Part shown: positions 48,796 through 59,126 of the stretch, one piece after another | Layout of the letters: each line of letters opens with the position of its first letter | How positions within the stretch are numbered: the first letter of the stretch is position 1 | From: an uncultured Phycisphaerales bacterium | Lineage (GTDB): Bacteria; Planctomycetota; B15-G4; CAYZWU01 | Assembly (NCBI GenBank): GCA_964482235.1 | Contig: CAYZWU010000007.1 | Location: 3,053 to 67,052 of the forward strand | Length of the DNA stretch: 64,000 bases | Direction of reading: 5' to 3' | The notes under the pieces: model-generated | The model's input: the letters and a program-made list of their open reading frames with translations, nothing else | Databases searched by the model: none | Told to the model about the DNA's origin: nothing | Made by a program: the position numbers and the translations under genes

Positions 48796-51700
48796 TTACT
48801 TGCGCCTGGAGAGAAGTACGGTTCCTAGATCTCGAATCTGTCCTTCAGCCATGGGGTAGATTTCGGATCGGTGCAGCAGCGATCCCTTGAGCGCGATCTC
48901 GAAGTATAAATCGACTGCGGGAAGGTATGCCATTTCCAGCTTGCTTCCGATTAAGCCGGAGTATTGCATCAGAGTCCTGCCGCTGTCCGCTTCCTTGACA
49001 GAAACGGTCACGCGGCCATCCTCCTCGAGCAGAGACCGGTTCATTTCCTCGGAGTAGAGCACGGCTCTGAGCTTGTTGTCCGGAAGCCGGATATCGAGCC
49101 TTGTTCGAGTCTGCGGATCAGCTGGGATGACGAGATTATCGAGGAACAGGCTGTAAGAAGATTGCCGCCTGGAACGATCCCTTACGTTGAGAACGGTTTT
49201 CCACAATCCCGGCCGAACCCCCTCGACAGCGAACGAACCGTTGCTGTCCGTCCTGCAGTTGTGGTTGCCGTGTTGATCGGGATCACCCGAGGGATTATGC
49301 CTCGTCAGGCTCAGCCAGGCTCCGGCGATGGGAGCGCCATGGCTCAGCGTGATGGAACCGCTGACAGCGGTCACGCCGTGGTTCACGGCGAATTCGTCCC
49401 TGTTGATCTTGAGGCGGGCGAGCTCGCCGGCCTTGATCTCGACGATTCGCTCCACCGGGACGGAGGAGGAAAGGGAGAGGGACAGCTTCCAGGTGCCGGC
49501 CGCCAGCTTGATCGAATAGTCGAGGCTTCCATCAGACCGGATCATTCCCTCCAGGATGCGGAGGGTGAGGGGGGGATTGTCCGTCCCTGAACCGACACGA
49601 GTCGCGGATCCGGCGAGACGTCGATGATCTCCTCTCGCGAAGCCGCGACCGGAAAGAGCAGCCGTTCCTGTTTGTGGTATCTTCAAGCGAATGCCGTCGA
49701 GCTGCTGGCCGCTGTTCAACGCGACCCGCCGCATATGGAATTGGTCCGCCTCGCTCTTGTTCTCGAAATCAATCACCATATCGCGTGCGTACGAGTCGCC
49801 GTAATAGGTGAGTTCGTAATCCCCTTCCTCCAGGCCTCTCAGGCAGAACCGTCCCCGTGAGTCCACCCGGCACTCCAGGCGCCCAAAGATGGCGTCCCTG
49901 TTCAAGGGATAGGCCATGACGAAGCCGGAGGGAACGGGTTTGCCCGTCGTATCATGGACAACCGTTCCGCCGATGCAGCCGGGCGGTTCGTGGATGTTCC
50001 TGTCGAGGAGCTGAGATCCGCTTTCAGGAACGACGATCGGTCCGATCCTGGTCTGGAATCCCTCCGAAGGGGAGAGCAGGGCAATCCAGTATTTCTCCCC
50101 CCGAAGGAGCTTCCGGAACTCGAATCGGCCTTCCTCGTCGCTCGTTGCGGCGATGTCGGCTCCTCCATGCGAGAGGGGCGAGGCAAAGAGCCTGGCATGG
50201 GGAAATGCCCTGCCCGTCCTTTCGAACAGGGTGCCCTTCCAGGCGACATGCTCCTTCGAGGGGCCGAAGTCGATTTCCCGGTCCCCATCGAGAAGGGTGA
50301 CTTTTTTCTCTCCTTCGTGAAGCGGCCTGCCGTGGCGTCCTCCTCGGACACGGCCGTGACGAAGAACTCGGAGTGCGGCGGGGCGGGCGGCAGCCGAAAG
50401 CGCCCCTCCCGGTCGGTTTTCACGATCCGCGCCAGGGGAATGCCGGCGCCATTCTGCTTGATCGATATGCCCGCGGCCGGCAGCCCCTGATCGTCAAGGG
50501 CCGTGCCGAAGACGCAGAAGCCGGGTTTCAGCACGATTTCGACCGATGAGAGGTCCGCCGTCGTCATCACGCTGCCTTCGGCAAAGAGAGGGTGCACGGC
50601 TACGATCGTGGCGTTGTCGGAGAGCAGGCCTTGGATGATGAAACGCCCCTTCTCGTCGGACCGGCTCCAGATCCCTCCTCCGGGAAGATCCGACTCGGCA
50701 CGGTGCAGGTTGGTCCTTCCCTTGACCGCAATCAGGGCTCCGGCAATCGGCCTGCCGGCAATGTCGACCACCAGGCCTTCCCGGCTGTATCCCGGATCGA
50801 GGCGGAATTCGAGGACCGTCGGCTCGACATCATCGGTGAAGTGATAGAGCAGCCTCTGCGGGATGTGCCGCTGCGAGCTGATCGTGATCAGGTACCGGCC
50901 TGGCCGGCCCCGTTCCAGGAAAAACGAGACGGTTCCGTCTTCGCTACGGACCCTCTTTCGCAGAAAGGGCTCTTGAAAGTTGTCGTGGAGGCTTTCGCCG
51001 ACACCGACGGATATACCGTAGGACCGAACGGATTCGCCTGACACCAGGTCCGTGGCCTTGATCGGAATCCTCGTCTCGCCGTGAGGAATGGGTTCCCTGT
51101 CGCCGTCCTTCCGTTCATCCGGCGAGTTGTCGAGGCTCGAGCCGGAACCGTCTGCGCCGGCTATCGAAACCGATGCAGCGGCCATGCCCGAGGTCCCGTC
51201 GCCTCCTGGGCCCGCGCCCTTCAGACCGTCGGGGCGGCTATCTAAGAAAAAGGACTGGAACGCCAGGAAGGCGGCAACAAGCAGAGTTCCGGCCACGGCA
51301 ACGCTCTTGCCGGAAAGAAGGGACGACGAAGCAGCCTTGGACAGGGTCGCTCCGGCGGCCGAAGTGGTGAGGGCTAGACCTCCAACCGGAGCGAGGGCCA
51401 TGACCCAGCTCTTCCTGCTTCCCTCGAACTTGTCGTCGAGGGCCCGCCGGAGCTGATCAAGGCCGCGCCGGAGCCATGACTTGACCGTTGTCACGGGGAC
51501 ATCCAGGCTTTTTGCGATCCTGCGCGGTGGCTGGTCGTCGTAAAACCTCATTATGATAATAGTTAGATATGGTTCCTTGAGTTCGAGGACGGCGTCCACA
51601 ACGGTCTGGCAGAGCGCTTGCCTCTCCGAGATCTCGTCGGTCGAGCGAACGGCGAACGACCTGGCCACCTCCTCTTCCCGTTTTCTCCGCCGGATCGAGG

Positions 51701-51899
51701 ACCGCTTCTCCATCCGGTCGAGGTTCTGCACCACGGTCTTGAGCCAGCCGTATGGAAATGAGTCTCCCTTCGGCGGTTTTTTGAGGAGTGTCAGGAAGGC
51801 CTTCTGGGTGATGTCGTCCACGTTGTTCTCGTCGAGAACAAGACGTCGTGCCAGGGAACGCACGAATTTGGAGTGTTCCTGTATCGCTTCGAGATTCAT
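48796..51899 (-). pseudogene. ECF sigma-factor domain fused in-frame to a hydrophobic/TM segment and CarboxypepD_reg-like beta-sandwich repeats; frameshifted at an A6 homopolymer (plus-strand T6 at 50307-50312)
   Basis: ORF 49902..51899 begins with complete sigma regions 2 and 4 (DDITQKAFLTLLKK...WLKTVVQNLDRMEKR...LKEPYLTIIIMRFYDDQPPRRIAKSLDVPVTTVKSWLRRGLDQL). It continues without a stop into VAVAGTLLVAAFLAFQSFF and then GRFRL/GTV.D..G.P..GA repeats. After the A-run the good protein sequence continues in the frame of ORF 48796..49917 (...KKVTLLDGDREIDFG...GTVVHDTTGKPVPSGFVMAYPLN...). The tail of ORF 49902..51899 after the A-run is Ser/Pro/Arg-rich junk. Confidence 0.6.
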
Positions 51900-51951
51900 C
51901 TCTGCCGCAAGATCAAGGTGTCGGAATTATTGCGTAATTTTTTGAAATACA

Positions 51952-52001
51952 AAAGGTTATGCGGTGCAAGGTTCAAGGTGTATGTTCGGTGCATAACCTT
52001 T
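51952..52001. repeat. 11-bp perfect inverted repeat (AAAGGTTATGC ... GCATAACCTTT) with a 28-nt spacer, in the region upstream of the sigma-fusion gene
   Basis: Read directly from the sequence. The spacer contains the CAAGGTtCAAGGT direct repeat. It is a candidate operator or RNA structure. Confidence 0.5.
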
Positions 52002-52264
52002 AACCAATAAAATGCCGCTGACTGAAAAACGAATGCACCCTTTTTGCGAGAAAATGAAAAAAGGAAAAAGAGCGATTTCACGTCCGATTCATCCTGATTC
52101 GAGAGCCTGATCGCTGGTGCTGCCTCCTCGAATCGGCTTGCCGGGATTCGCCGGAAAGTCTGTCCTGACATGATATCAGATTTATTTTTTTCGAGAAAGT
52201 CTGCATTCGATTTGGATTTACCGGCATTTTTTTGATGGAAGTTGTTTTTGCTCGGTAGGCGCTA

Positions 52265-53413
52265 GTGGCGGGTTCATTGATGACAGTTAATCGATCCGAA
52301 GCAGCCTCGAGTTCTGATCGCCTCGGAAAGGGCGAAGGGCAAGATTCTCGAGCCTCGTCGGCCATTCTCCTCAAGAAGGAGATCAGGACGATCATCCTGG
52401 TGTCATGCGGCATCTCCGTGTTCCTCGCGTCACTCGTGCTTCTGCTCTACTGGGCTGCGGAGGCTCCTCCACCTCCTTCCCTCGATCTTGAAGCCGGACT
52501 CGTGATCCTGGGAGTCTACGGTGCTTCTTTTTTCCTGTCCCTACTCGTTGCCTCGTTGCTGATCTTGTCGATCCGGGTTCCTTCACAGCTGTCCAAAGAG
52601 GAGGCCGGCTCGTCGGAAGGGAACCGTCCCGATGAGGGGACAGCGGGAAGCGACTCTCCGGTGCAGCACGAAACGACGCGGATCATGGGTAACGTGGCTC
52701 ACGATATCCGATCGTCCATGACACCGATAAAGGGGATGACGGAGCTGATCCTGAACACCGATCTCAGCAGCGATCAGCGGGAGTATTTCGAGACCATCAT
52801 GGCTTCCACCGATTCGCTGATGGCAGTGGTCGACGACGTTCTCGACTATGCCAGGGTCGAGGCGGGCAAGGTCCACTTCGAATCCAAGCCTTTCAGCTTG
52901 CGCGAACATCTCAATTCCATGTTTCATTCCTTCTCCTTTCTTGCCGCTGACAAGAACCTTAAGTTCGTCACCCAGATCGCTCGCGACGTACCCGATGCAC
53001 TGGTCGGCGATCCCGACCGTCTCAGGCAGGTCGTGATGAACATCGTGGGCAATGCCATCAAGTTCACCCGGAAAGGCCAGATCGCCTGCAGGGTGGAGAA
53101 GGAGTCGAGCTCGGACGGGGAGGTCACTCTCCTCTTTCACGTCGCCGACTCGGGGATCGGCATACCGCCCGGGGTGCAGGAAAGGATATTCGAAGCCTTC
53201 TATCAGGCTTTCGAAGGAAGAAAGCGGCAGTACAAGGGCTCGGGCCTCGGCCTCGCCATTTCATCGGAGCTCGTCAAGCTGATGGGCGGCCGGATCTGGG
53301 TCGAGAGCAGCAAGGGCAATGGCAGCACATTCTCCTTCACCACCCGATTCAGGCAGCAGGAAGAGAAGGGCAAACCGGCGGCTCGCGAGATAGACAGCCG
53401 GCTAGTCGGCTGA
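52265..53413 (+). CDS. membrane sensor histidine kinase (HisKA + HATPase_c)
   Basis: Two TM segments. H-box NVAHDIRSSMTPI, N box NIVGNAIKFT, and G boxes DSGIGI and GSGLGLAI. No response regulator is adjacent. Confidence 0.8.
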   Translation: MAGSLMTVNRSEAASSSDRLGKGEGQDSRASSAILLKKEIRTIILVSCGISVFLASLVLLLYWAAEAPPPPSLDLEAGLVILGVYGASFFLSLLVASLLILSIRVPSQLSKEEAGSSEGNRPDEGTAGSDSPVQHETTRIMGNVAHDIRSSMTPIKGMTELILNTDLSSDQREYFETIMASTDSLMAVVDDVLDYARVEAGKVHFESKPFSLREHLNSMFHSFSFLAADKNLKFVTQIARDVPDALVGDPDRLRQVVMNIVGNAIKFTRKGQIACRVEKESSSDGEVTLLFHVADSGIGIPPGVQERIFEAFYQAFEGRKRQYKGSGLGLAISSELVKLMGGRIWVESSKGNGSTFSFTTRFRQQEEKGKPAAREIDSRLVG

Positions 53414-53507
53414 CCGCAGCAATCTCGGACGTTCCCGACCGGATTCTTGCGCTGTTGCTTCACGTTCCCCGGGGGAATATGATCCACCTTCCGGAGGCGC
53501 AGAATCA

Positions 53508-55222
53508 ATGGGAAACAACGGGAGGCTCAGTCTCAGCTGCTTCGACCTGCCGGTGCACGAGATCCGCAGGGGCTACCGGAGCGACGTCTACTTCTGGCGA
53601 TCCAAGGTGGTCCTGGAGAAGATCGGCAACAGGAGGACCGGGCTGATCCAGGTCTTCCAGAAGCGGGATGCCAGGCTCTGCGGCATCGACGAGGCCCTGG
53701 GGATCCTCCGGCTGGGGATCGGCCGCTACAGGGACCTCGATACCGCATACCGCGCTTTTGACCGGTACATCGAGCTCAAGATTGCGATGCGACGCACCTT
53801 TCTTTGCGATCCGGAGCGGCACGAGGCCCTGCGCCGGGAAAGGAGCGGCGTGCAGGAGGAACTCGACAGCCTCTGGGAGCCGCACTACGCCGACTGCCGG
53901 GTGGAGGCGCTTCATGACGGCGATCCGATAACGCCGCGCGAGACGGTCCTTCACATGGAGGGTCGGATCGCCGACTACGTCCACCTGGAGACGCTCTATC
54001 TCGGCGTTCTCGCCCGACGGACCCGGGTAGCCACCAACGTGGCCCGCATCGTGGAAGCGGCGGAAACCAAGCCGGTCCTCTACTTTCCCGCCCGGTTCGA
54101 TCACTGGGCCGTACAGGGCGGCGACGGCTACGCGGCTCGTGTCGGCGGCGCGGCCGGCGTCTCGACGGACGCACAGGCGAGCTGGTGGGGGAATCGCGGC
54201 ATGGGAACCGTTCCCCATGCCCTGATCGCCGCCTTCGAGGGCGATGCGGCACGCCGTCTCGGCAGCGATCTCTGGGGTGTTCGCCTCGACACGGCCGAGG
54301 ACATGGTTGACCTCTCCCTGCAGGAGGGCGCCGTCGATCCGGACGATGTCCGGGATCCGTCGCGGTGCGGGGTCAACGAGGCTCTTGTCCTCGAGGTGCG
54401 GGATGCCCTCGACCGCGAGGGCTTCGGCCACGTGAAGGTCGTGGTGAGCGGCGGCTTCGACGAGGAGAAGGTTCGTGACTTCGAGGAGAAGCGGGTTCCC
54501 GTCGATGCCTACGGCGTGGGCAGCTCCCTGCTCGAGGGTAACTTCAACTTCACGGCCGATGTAACGACCAGGCGGTTCGGGCGCGGCGCTACCACTGGCT
54601 CGGCGAGACGGTGGACGACTTCGTCTGCGAGCCGCACCAGGCCGTGGACAATCTCGACATCGAATCATCGGATCCGGTTCAGGGAAAACCGGATTCGGTC
54701 ACGAAGCTCAACAGGGTTGCCAGGGAAGCGGACTTCGTCCGGGCGGGATGCGCCGCTCTGGCCCGCGAGAATCCGGACCGTGTGATGGCCGAGGTCCGGA
54801 AGATCACGGAAGGCCCGACGCTCTTCGCGCCGAGCCGCCACGCCCTGCTCCCCGAGGACGTCAACCTGGCGCGGCTGCAAAAGGTGCTCGTCACGGCCCA
54901 CGAGAGGCAACCCGGCGACTTCGAGACGCTGCTCGGAACGAGCCGGATCGGTCCCGCCGCGGTGCGAAGCCTCGCACTCCTGGCCGAGATCATTCACGGC
55001 GCACCGATCTCGAGGCGCGATCCGGCCGGACCGGGCGACAGGAAGTGGGGCGACTATGCCTATGCCCACGGCGGAAAGGACGGCTTCCCTTTTCCCGTGG
55101 ACCGCAGGACCTATGACCGCAGCACCGAGGTCCTCCTCACCGCAGTGCGCCGGGCCCGAATGGGGGAGAGGGAGAGGAGCGAGGCGCTGAGGCGGCTTTC
55201 ACGCATCGCCGTGATCGATTGA
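53508..55222 (+). pseudogene. nicotinate phosphoribosyltransferase (NAPRTase)-family protein with a ~200-aa C-terminal extension; apparent frameshift near 54560-54600
   Basis: NAPRTase-like motifs are present (GTVPHALIAAF, a GTxxH phospho-His motif; VRLDTAED; YGVGSSL). The frame-0 tail after ...GNFNFTADVTTRRFG is Ser/Arg/Thr-rich junk. A protein-like sequence continues in the frame of ORF 54611..55222 (RRYHWLGETVDDFVCEPHQ...). Confidence 0.55.
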
Positions 55223-55248
55223 CTTGATCGATCCGGGTTGAGAAGCCT

Positions 55249-56904
55249 TTAATCGGTCTTTTCAGCCCTGTCTTCCCTGCCGTCCGTGTTGATGACAAGG
55301 TGAGTCACCTCGTTCTTTCCGCTTCGCACGAAAGTGACGGTCACTTCTGCCAGGGGAAACTTGATGAAGAACCTGGTCTCCGACTCGGGAAAGAGCTCCG
55401 TCTTTCCACCCGTGGGATCGATCAGATAGAGTCGGTTCTCCTTCTTGCGGATCTCGAGAGCGACGCCCGGCGCCAGACTGTACTTCCCTTCGTAGGAATC
55501 ATAGATTTCGTGATGAACCTCGATCGGCTTCTTTTCGCTGAAAACCGGCGTGCTGCGGCGTTCCGCGTCGGCAAGATCAAGTTTTTCACGAATCGCCTCG
55601 ATCGCCTTTTCAGTTCCGGACGGACAGGCATAGACCCGGGAAGAGCTCTGGGCGAGATTCTCGATCAAGCGATTTCTGTTCAACTTCTCGCCGGCCAGCG
55701 GGGCGTAGACTTCGAGGCTTGCCTGGAGCAGCCGTCCCTCGTGGAGATTTCTGATATCGGCATCGTTGAGCGAGGAGCGGTAGATCATCCAGTCCCGGAA
55801 ATCCGCTTTTTCGAGCTGCCTGTCGCTGCCGCCGCCGAGGACGAAGTGGATCGGTTCCAGCCTGCCATCCAGGGAACCGACAGGCTCGCCATCGACGAAG
55901 AGCAGGATCTCCCTGCTCAGGTACCGATGGGAAAGTGCGATGTCGTGCCATCTGCCGTCGGCGATCCGATCCTGCACATCGAGGGACGCTCCCCCCGATG
56001 AGGAACAATCGAGCCCGCCGTCTTCTCCGACGTCGAGCCGAACTACTCCATCCCGGGTGAGAATCGTGCAGACCGTTCCCCGGCTGCCGGTGCGTATGCT
56101 GAAAACCACGGCAAAGGAGTGGATGACGTCATCAGGAATGAAGCTCAGGGGGGCTTTTCCGGAACCGCTCCCGACGGTCACGAATTTCGTGCCGGAAGTT
56201 CTTGCAGGCAATGCCTTGCCCTGCTTCAGCGCCTCGAACAGACCCGGAACCATGGCGAGAAACATCTGCTCGTGGCCAAGATTATCCGGGTGGCTGTGAT
56301 CGTAGCTGAAGCCCTGGGGAATGTGGCCGGATCCGTCATCCACGGCACCCAGGAAATTGATCGACGGCACACCCCACGTGTTGATGAGAAGATTCATCTT
56401 TTTCGTGAACCCGTAATGAACATCCTTGTAGGTGTTGCATGAGTAGCAGGATCCGACAATGGGAATGATGCCCCTTTTCCTGCACCTCGCGATGATCTCC
56501 CGGACTCCCTTCCGGAAGCTATCGAATGCAGCGCCCGGGTTCTCTCCCTCGATGCCTTCATTGCCCAGCGACAAGCCGATGATGACGAAGTCCGGATCAA
56601 CCGATGCGAGATCCTTCTCCATCCGTGCAAGCACCTTGGCCGTATTGTCGCCCGGTACCGAGATATTCTTCACCCGGTAACCACGGGAGAGGAGAAGCCG
56701 CTCCAGGCGGCCGGCGTAGCCGTTTTTCATGTCGTACCTGCTCTCGAAGCTGGTTACCCAACCTGCGGCGACGGATGATCCCAGAACGACGATGGTCTTC
56801 TCTTCGTCTTTCTTGTCGTCCGGCTGCGCCGACAGCCCGGCGGCCGGGACGATCGAGATGAGAAAAAAGAAAACGAGATGGAAGAGAATGGAAGAACTCT
56901 TCAT
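55249..56904 (-). CDS. secreted SGNH/GDSL hydrolase with concanavalin-A-like (LamG) lectin domain
   Basis: Signal peptide present. GDSL block VVLGSSVAAGW, with DxxH near the end of the esterase domain (SHPDNLGH). A central LamG-like domain is followed by an extra C-terminal domain. Confidence 0.7.
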   Translation of the reverse strand: MKSSSILFHLVFFFLISIVPAAGLSAQPDDKKDEEKTIVVLGSSVAAGWVTSFESRYDMKNGYAGRLERLLLSRGYRVKNISVPGDNTAKVLARMEKDLASVDPDFVIIGLSLGNEGIEGENPGAAFDSFRKGVREIIARCRKRGIIPIVGSCYSCNTYKDVHYGFTKKMNLLINTWGVPSINFLGAVDDGSGHIPQGFSYDHSHPDNLGHEQMFLAMVPGLFEALKQGKALPARTSGTKFVTVGSGSGKAPLSFIPDDVIHSFAVVFSIRTGSRGTVCTILTRDGVVRLDVGEDGGLDCSSSGGASLDVQDRIADGRWHDIALSHRYLSREILLFVDGEPVGSLDGRLEPIHFVLGGGSDRQLEKADFRDWMIYRSSLNDADIRNLHEGRLLQASLEVYAPLAGEKLNRNRLIENLAQSSSRVYACPSGTEKAIEAIREKLDLADAERRSTPVFSEKKPIEVHHEIYDSYEGKYSLAPGVALEIRKKENRLYLIDPTGGKTELFPESETRFFIKFPLAEVTVTFVRSGKNEVTHLVINTDGREDRAEKTD

Positions 56905-57055
56905 GGCAGCACCTTCCTTTCAAGAATGAAGAAACGGGTGCCCGTGAAGGAATGCATGTCCCATGTTATGCCACGGCAGCTTTTATTTCCAGGATCTGAT
57001 GGGCATTTTCCGCGAGCCGTTTTTGATCTCGAGATCGACCGTCATAGACGTCGTT

Positions 57056-58837
57056 CTAGTAGGTGTAATAGGTCTCCAGGGCGATCCGATCCTGCTCGTG
57101 GCCTTTCCGGATGAGCAGGTCGTGCACCTGGCTCACCATGTGCGGATTGCCGCAGAGGAAGACGAGGGTGTTCGCGTCGATCTCGCGATCCTCCAGGTAG
57201 TCGGGGATCCTGCCGTGGAAGTCGCCGCCTTCCTCGCGGGTCACGCAGGTGGTGTAGCGCTCCCTGGAGATCTCCTCGGCCAGCACCTCGTCACCCTTGA
57301 AGCGGATCCCGTGGATCACCTGAAAGTCGATACCCGGATAGCTCCGGATGAACGACTGGAACGGCCCGACACCGATCCCCGACCCGATGAAGAGGTACTT
57401 CTGGTTGCCGTCCATGGGATCGGGGACGCAGAACTCGCCGTAGGGTCCGATCACGTTGACGCTGTCGCCGGGAAGGAGGCCGCTGAGGAAGGGGCTCATC
57501 ACGCCGCTCTTCACCTCCTTGATCAGGAACTCGAGATAGTTGTCAGCCGCGCCGGAGATCATCGTGTAATCGCGCGTCTTCTGGTACTTCAGGTGGGGGC
57601 TGAGGCTCACGTTCTGTCCCGGCGTGAACTGGAAATCGTTCCGCTCGATCCGGAGCCTGAAGACGTCGTCCAGGAGCTGCTGGTTGCTGATCACCCGCGC
57701 AGCCATCCGGCTCTCGTTGAGCTGGACCGCCTCGTCCGGCTCGCCGACCGGATTTTCCTCCGATCCCCGCAGGTCGCCCTGAAGCGGATTCTGCCCCACG
57801 TCGAACGGCTCGGACAGGCATCCCCGCTCCATCTTCTTTCCCATCAGGGCGCGGAGCTTGTTCTTCACCACCCACTTCACCGGGTGCTTGATGTACTTCT
57901 TCATCACGGGAGCCGCCGAGCCGATCATCCAGCAGTTCTTGGGGCAGGTCGACACGAGAGCCCGCACCTTCTCGGCCTGCTTGCTGTACCAGAGCTCCTC
58001 GAAGGTCTTCACCTCGCGGATGTTTCCCATCTGCTCCTTCCAGTACTTCTCCTCCAGGCCGTTGCATGGGTAGACCTCTCCGTACGGCTCGATGAAGAAG
58101 TTGGTGGTGCCCGCCTCGCAGGGCAGGAGGCGGCGGTTGCCCTCGATGTAGTTGATCAAACCCAGGTTGAAGAAGGCCCTGAACCAGCTCTTCGGGCTCT
58201 TCTCGGCGAGGAGCCGGTCGCAGAGCTCGTAGAAGTTATCGGTCACCTCGTCCTCGTTCACGATCCTGTTGTTGTCCTTGTGGAAGTAGTAGGAGTTGTG
58301 GTAGGTGGCCGTGGCGAACTCCATCTTCAGGTTCTTGGACAGCTCGTAGAGCTCGAGCATGTCGGACGAGTTGTTGTTGGAAACCGTGATGCCGAAGCCG
58401 ATGTCCTTCACACCCATCCGCCTGAGACCAAGCAGCGTGCGCAGTCCGCGGTCGAAGCCGCTGTCGCGCCCTCTGAGATGATCGTTGATCGTGGAGAGCC
58501 CCTCGATGCTGATCCGGATGCCGATCTTCGGGAACCGCTCGGCCAGGGCGAGGATCTCGTCCACGTGATACCCGGCCGTGGAGATCACCACGCGCGGCGC
58601 CTTGGTGAAGCAGACCTCCACGATGTCGCCCAGGTCCCTGCGGACAAGGGGCTCGCCGCCGGTCACGTTGATCGAATTGAGCTGGGGAAGGATCTCCAGT
58701 TCCTTGGGCTTGATCTCGTCGGCGATACGGGTCGGGAACTTCCAGATGTTGCACATCTTGCACTTCATGCAGCATCTGTACGTGGTGATGATCGAGGCTT
58801 CCACCGGCATGGGCGCTTTTGATTGTTTGTTGCTCAT
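57056..58837 (-). CDS. radical SAM / SPASM-twitch domain enzyme fused to a C-terminal FNR-type FAD/NAD(P)-binding reductase domain
   Basis: CxxxCxxC motif at RCCMKCKMC. Auxiliary-cluster Cys motifs C-x17-C (with G-x4-C) and CPKNC. The C-terminal ~230 aa carry an RxYS FAD motif (TRDYTMIS), GPYGEF, GSGIGVGPF and CGNPHM. Confidence 0.7.
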   Translation of the reverse strand: MSNKQSKAPMPVEASIITTYRCCMKCKMCNIWKFPTRIADEIKPKELEILPQLNSINVTGGEPLVRRDLGDIVEVCFTKAPRVVISTAGYHVDEILALAERFPKIGIRISIEGLSTINDHLRGRDSGFDRGLRTLLGLRRMGVKDIGFGITVSNNNSSDMLELYELSKNLKMEFATATYHNSYYFHKDNNRIVNEDEVTDNFYELCDRLLAEKSPKSWFRAFFNLGLINYIEGNRRLLPCEAGTTNFFIEPYGEVYPCNGLEEKYWKEQMGNIREVKTFEELWYSKQAEKVRALVSTCPKNCWMIGSAAPVMKKYIKHPVKWVVKNKLRALMGKKMERGCLSEPFDVGQNPLQGDLRGSEENPVGEPDEAVQLNESRMAARVISNQQLLDDVFRLRIERNDFQFTPGQNVSLSPHLKYQKTRDYTMISGAADNYLEFLIKEVKSGVMSPFLSGLLPGDSVNVIGPYGEFCVPDPMDGNQKYLFIGSGIGVGPFQSFIRSYPGIDFQVIHGIRFKGDEVLAEEISRERYTTCVTREEGGDFHGRIPDYLEDREIDANTLVFLCGNPHMVSQVHDLLIRKGHEQDRIALETYYTY

Positions 58838-59126
58838 GGCTCTATCTCTCTCGGAATTAAAATCCGTTCAATATCTATTACTGAATATCGGGCTGTGGAG
58901 GCAGGGATAGCCCATCCTTCACTGCATGTCAATCATCAACGGGCGAGACGTGGCGGCGCGGCAGGCGTGGAGCTTTTCCCGTCCAACGAAAGGGAATAAA
59001 AGAGGATTGGCCAGGTCATTTTCTTCCTGATACCATGCTTCCCTAGGCGACTCATCCTGGCGGAAATCACCATGAGGAAGGAATACGGATAGACACGCTC
59101 TCGCTCCCGAAACGAAGGAGACTGAA

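Noticed and set aside
57056-58837. Calling the radical-SAM/FNR fusion an anaerobic sulfatase-maturating enzyme for the nearby Cys-type sulfatase
   Set aside because: The N-terminal motif and the number of auxiliary Cys clusters do not match canonical anSME. The link rests only on the need for a maturase, so it is kept as an open possibility in the findings and not an annotation.
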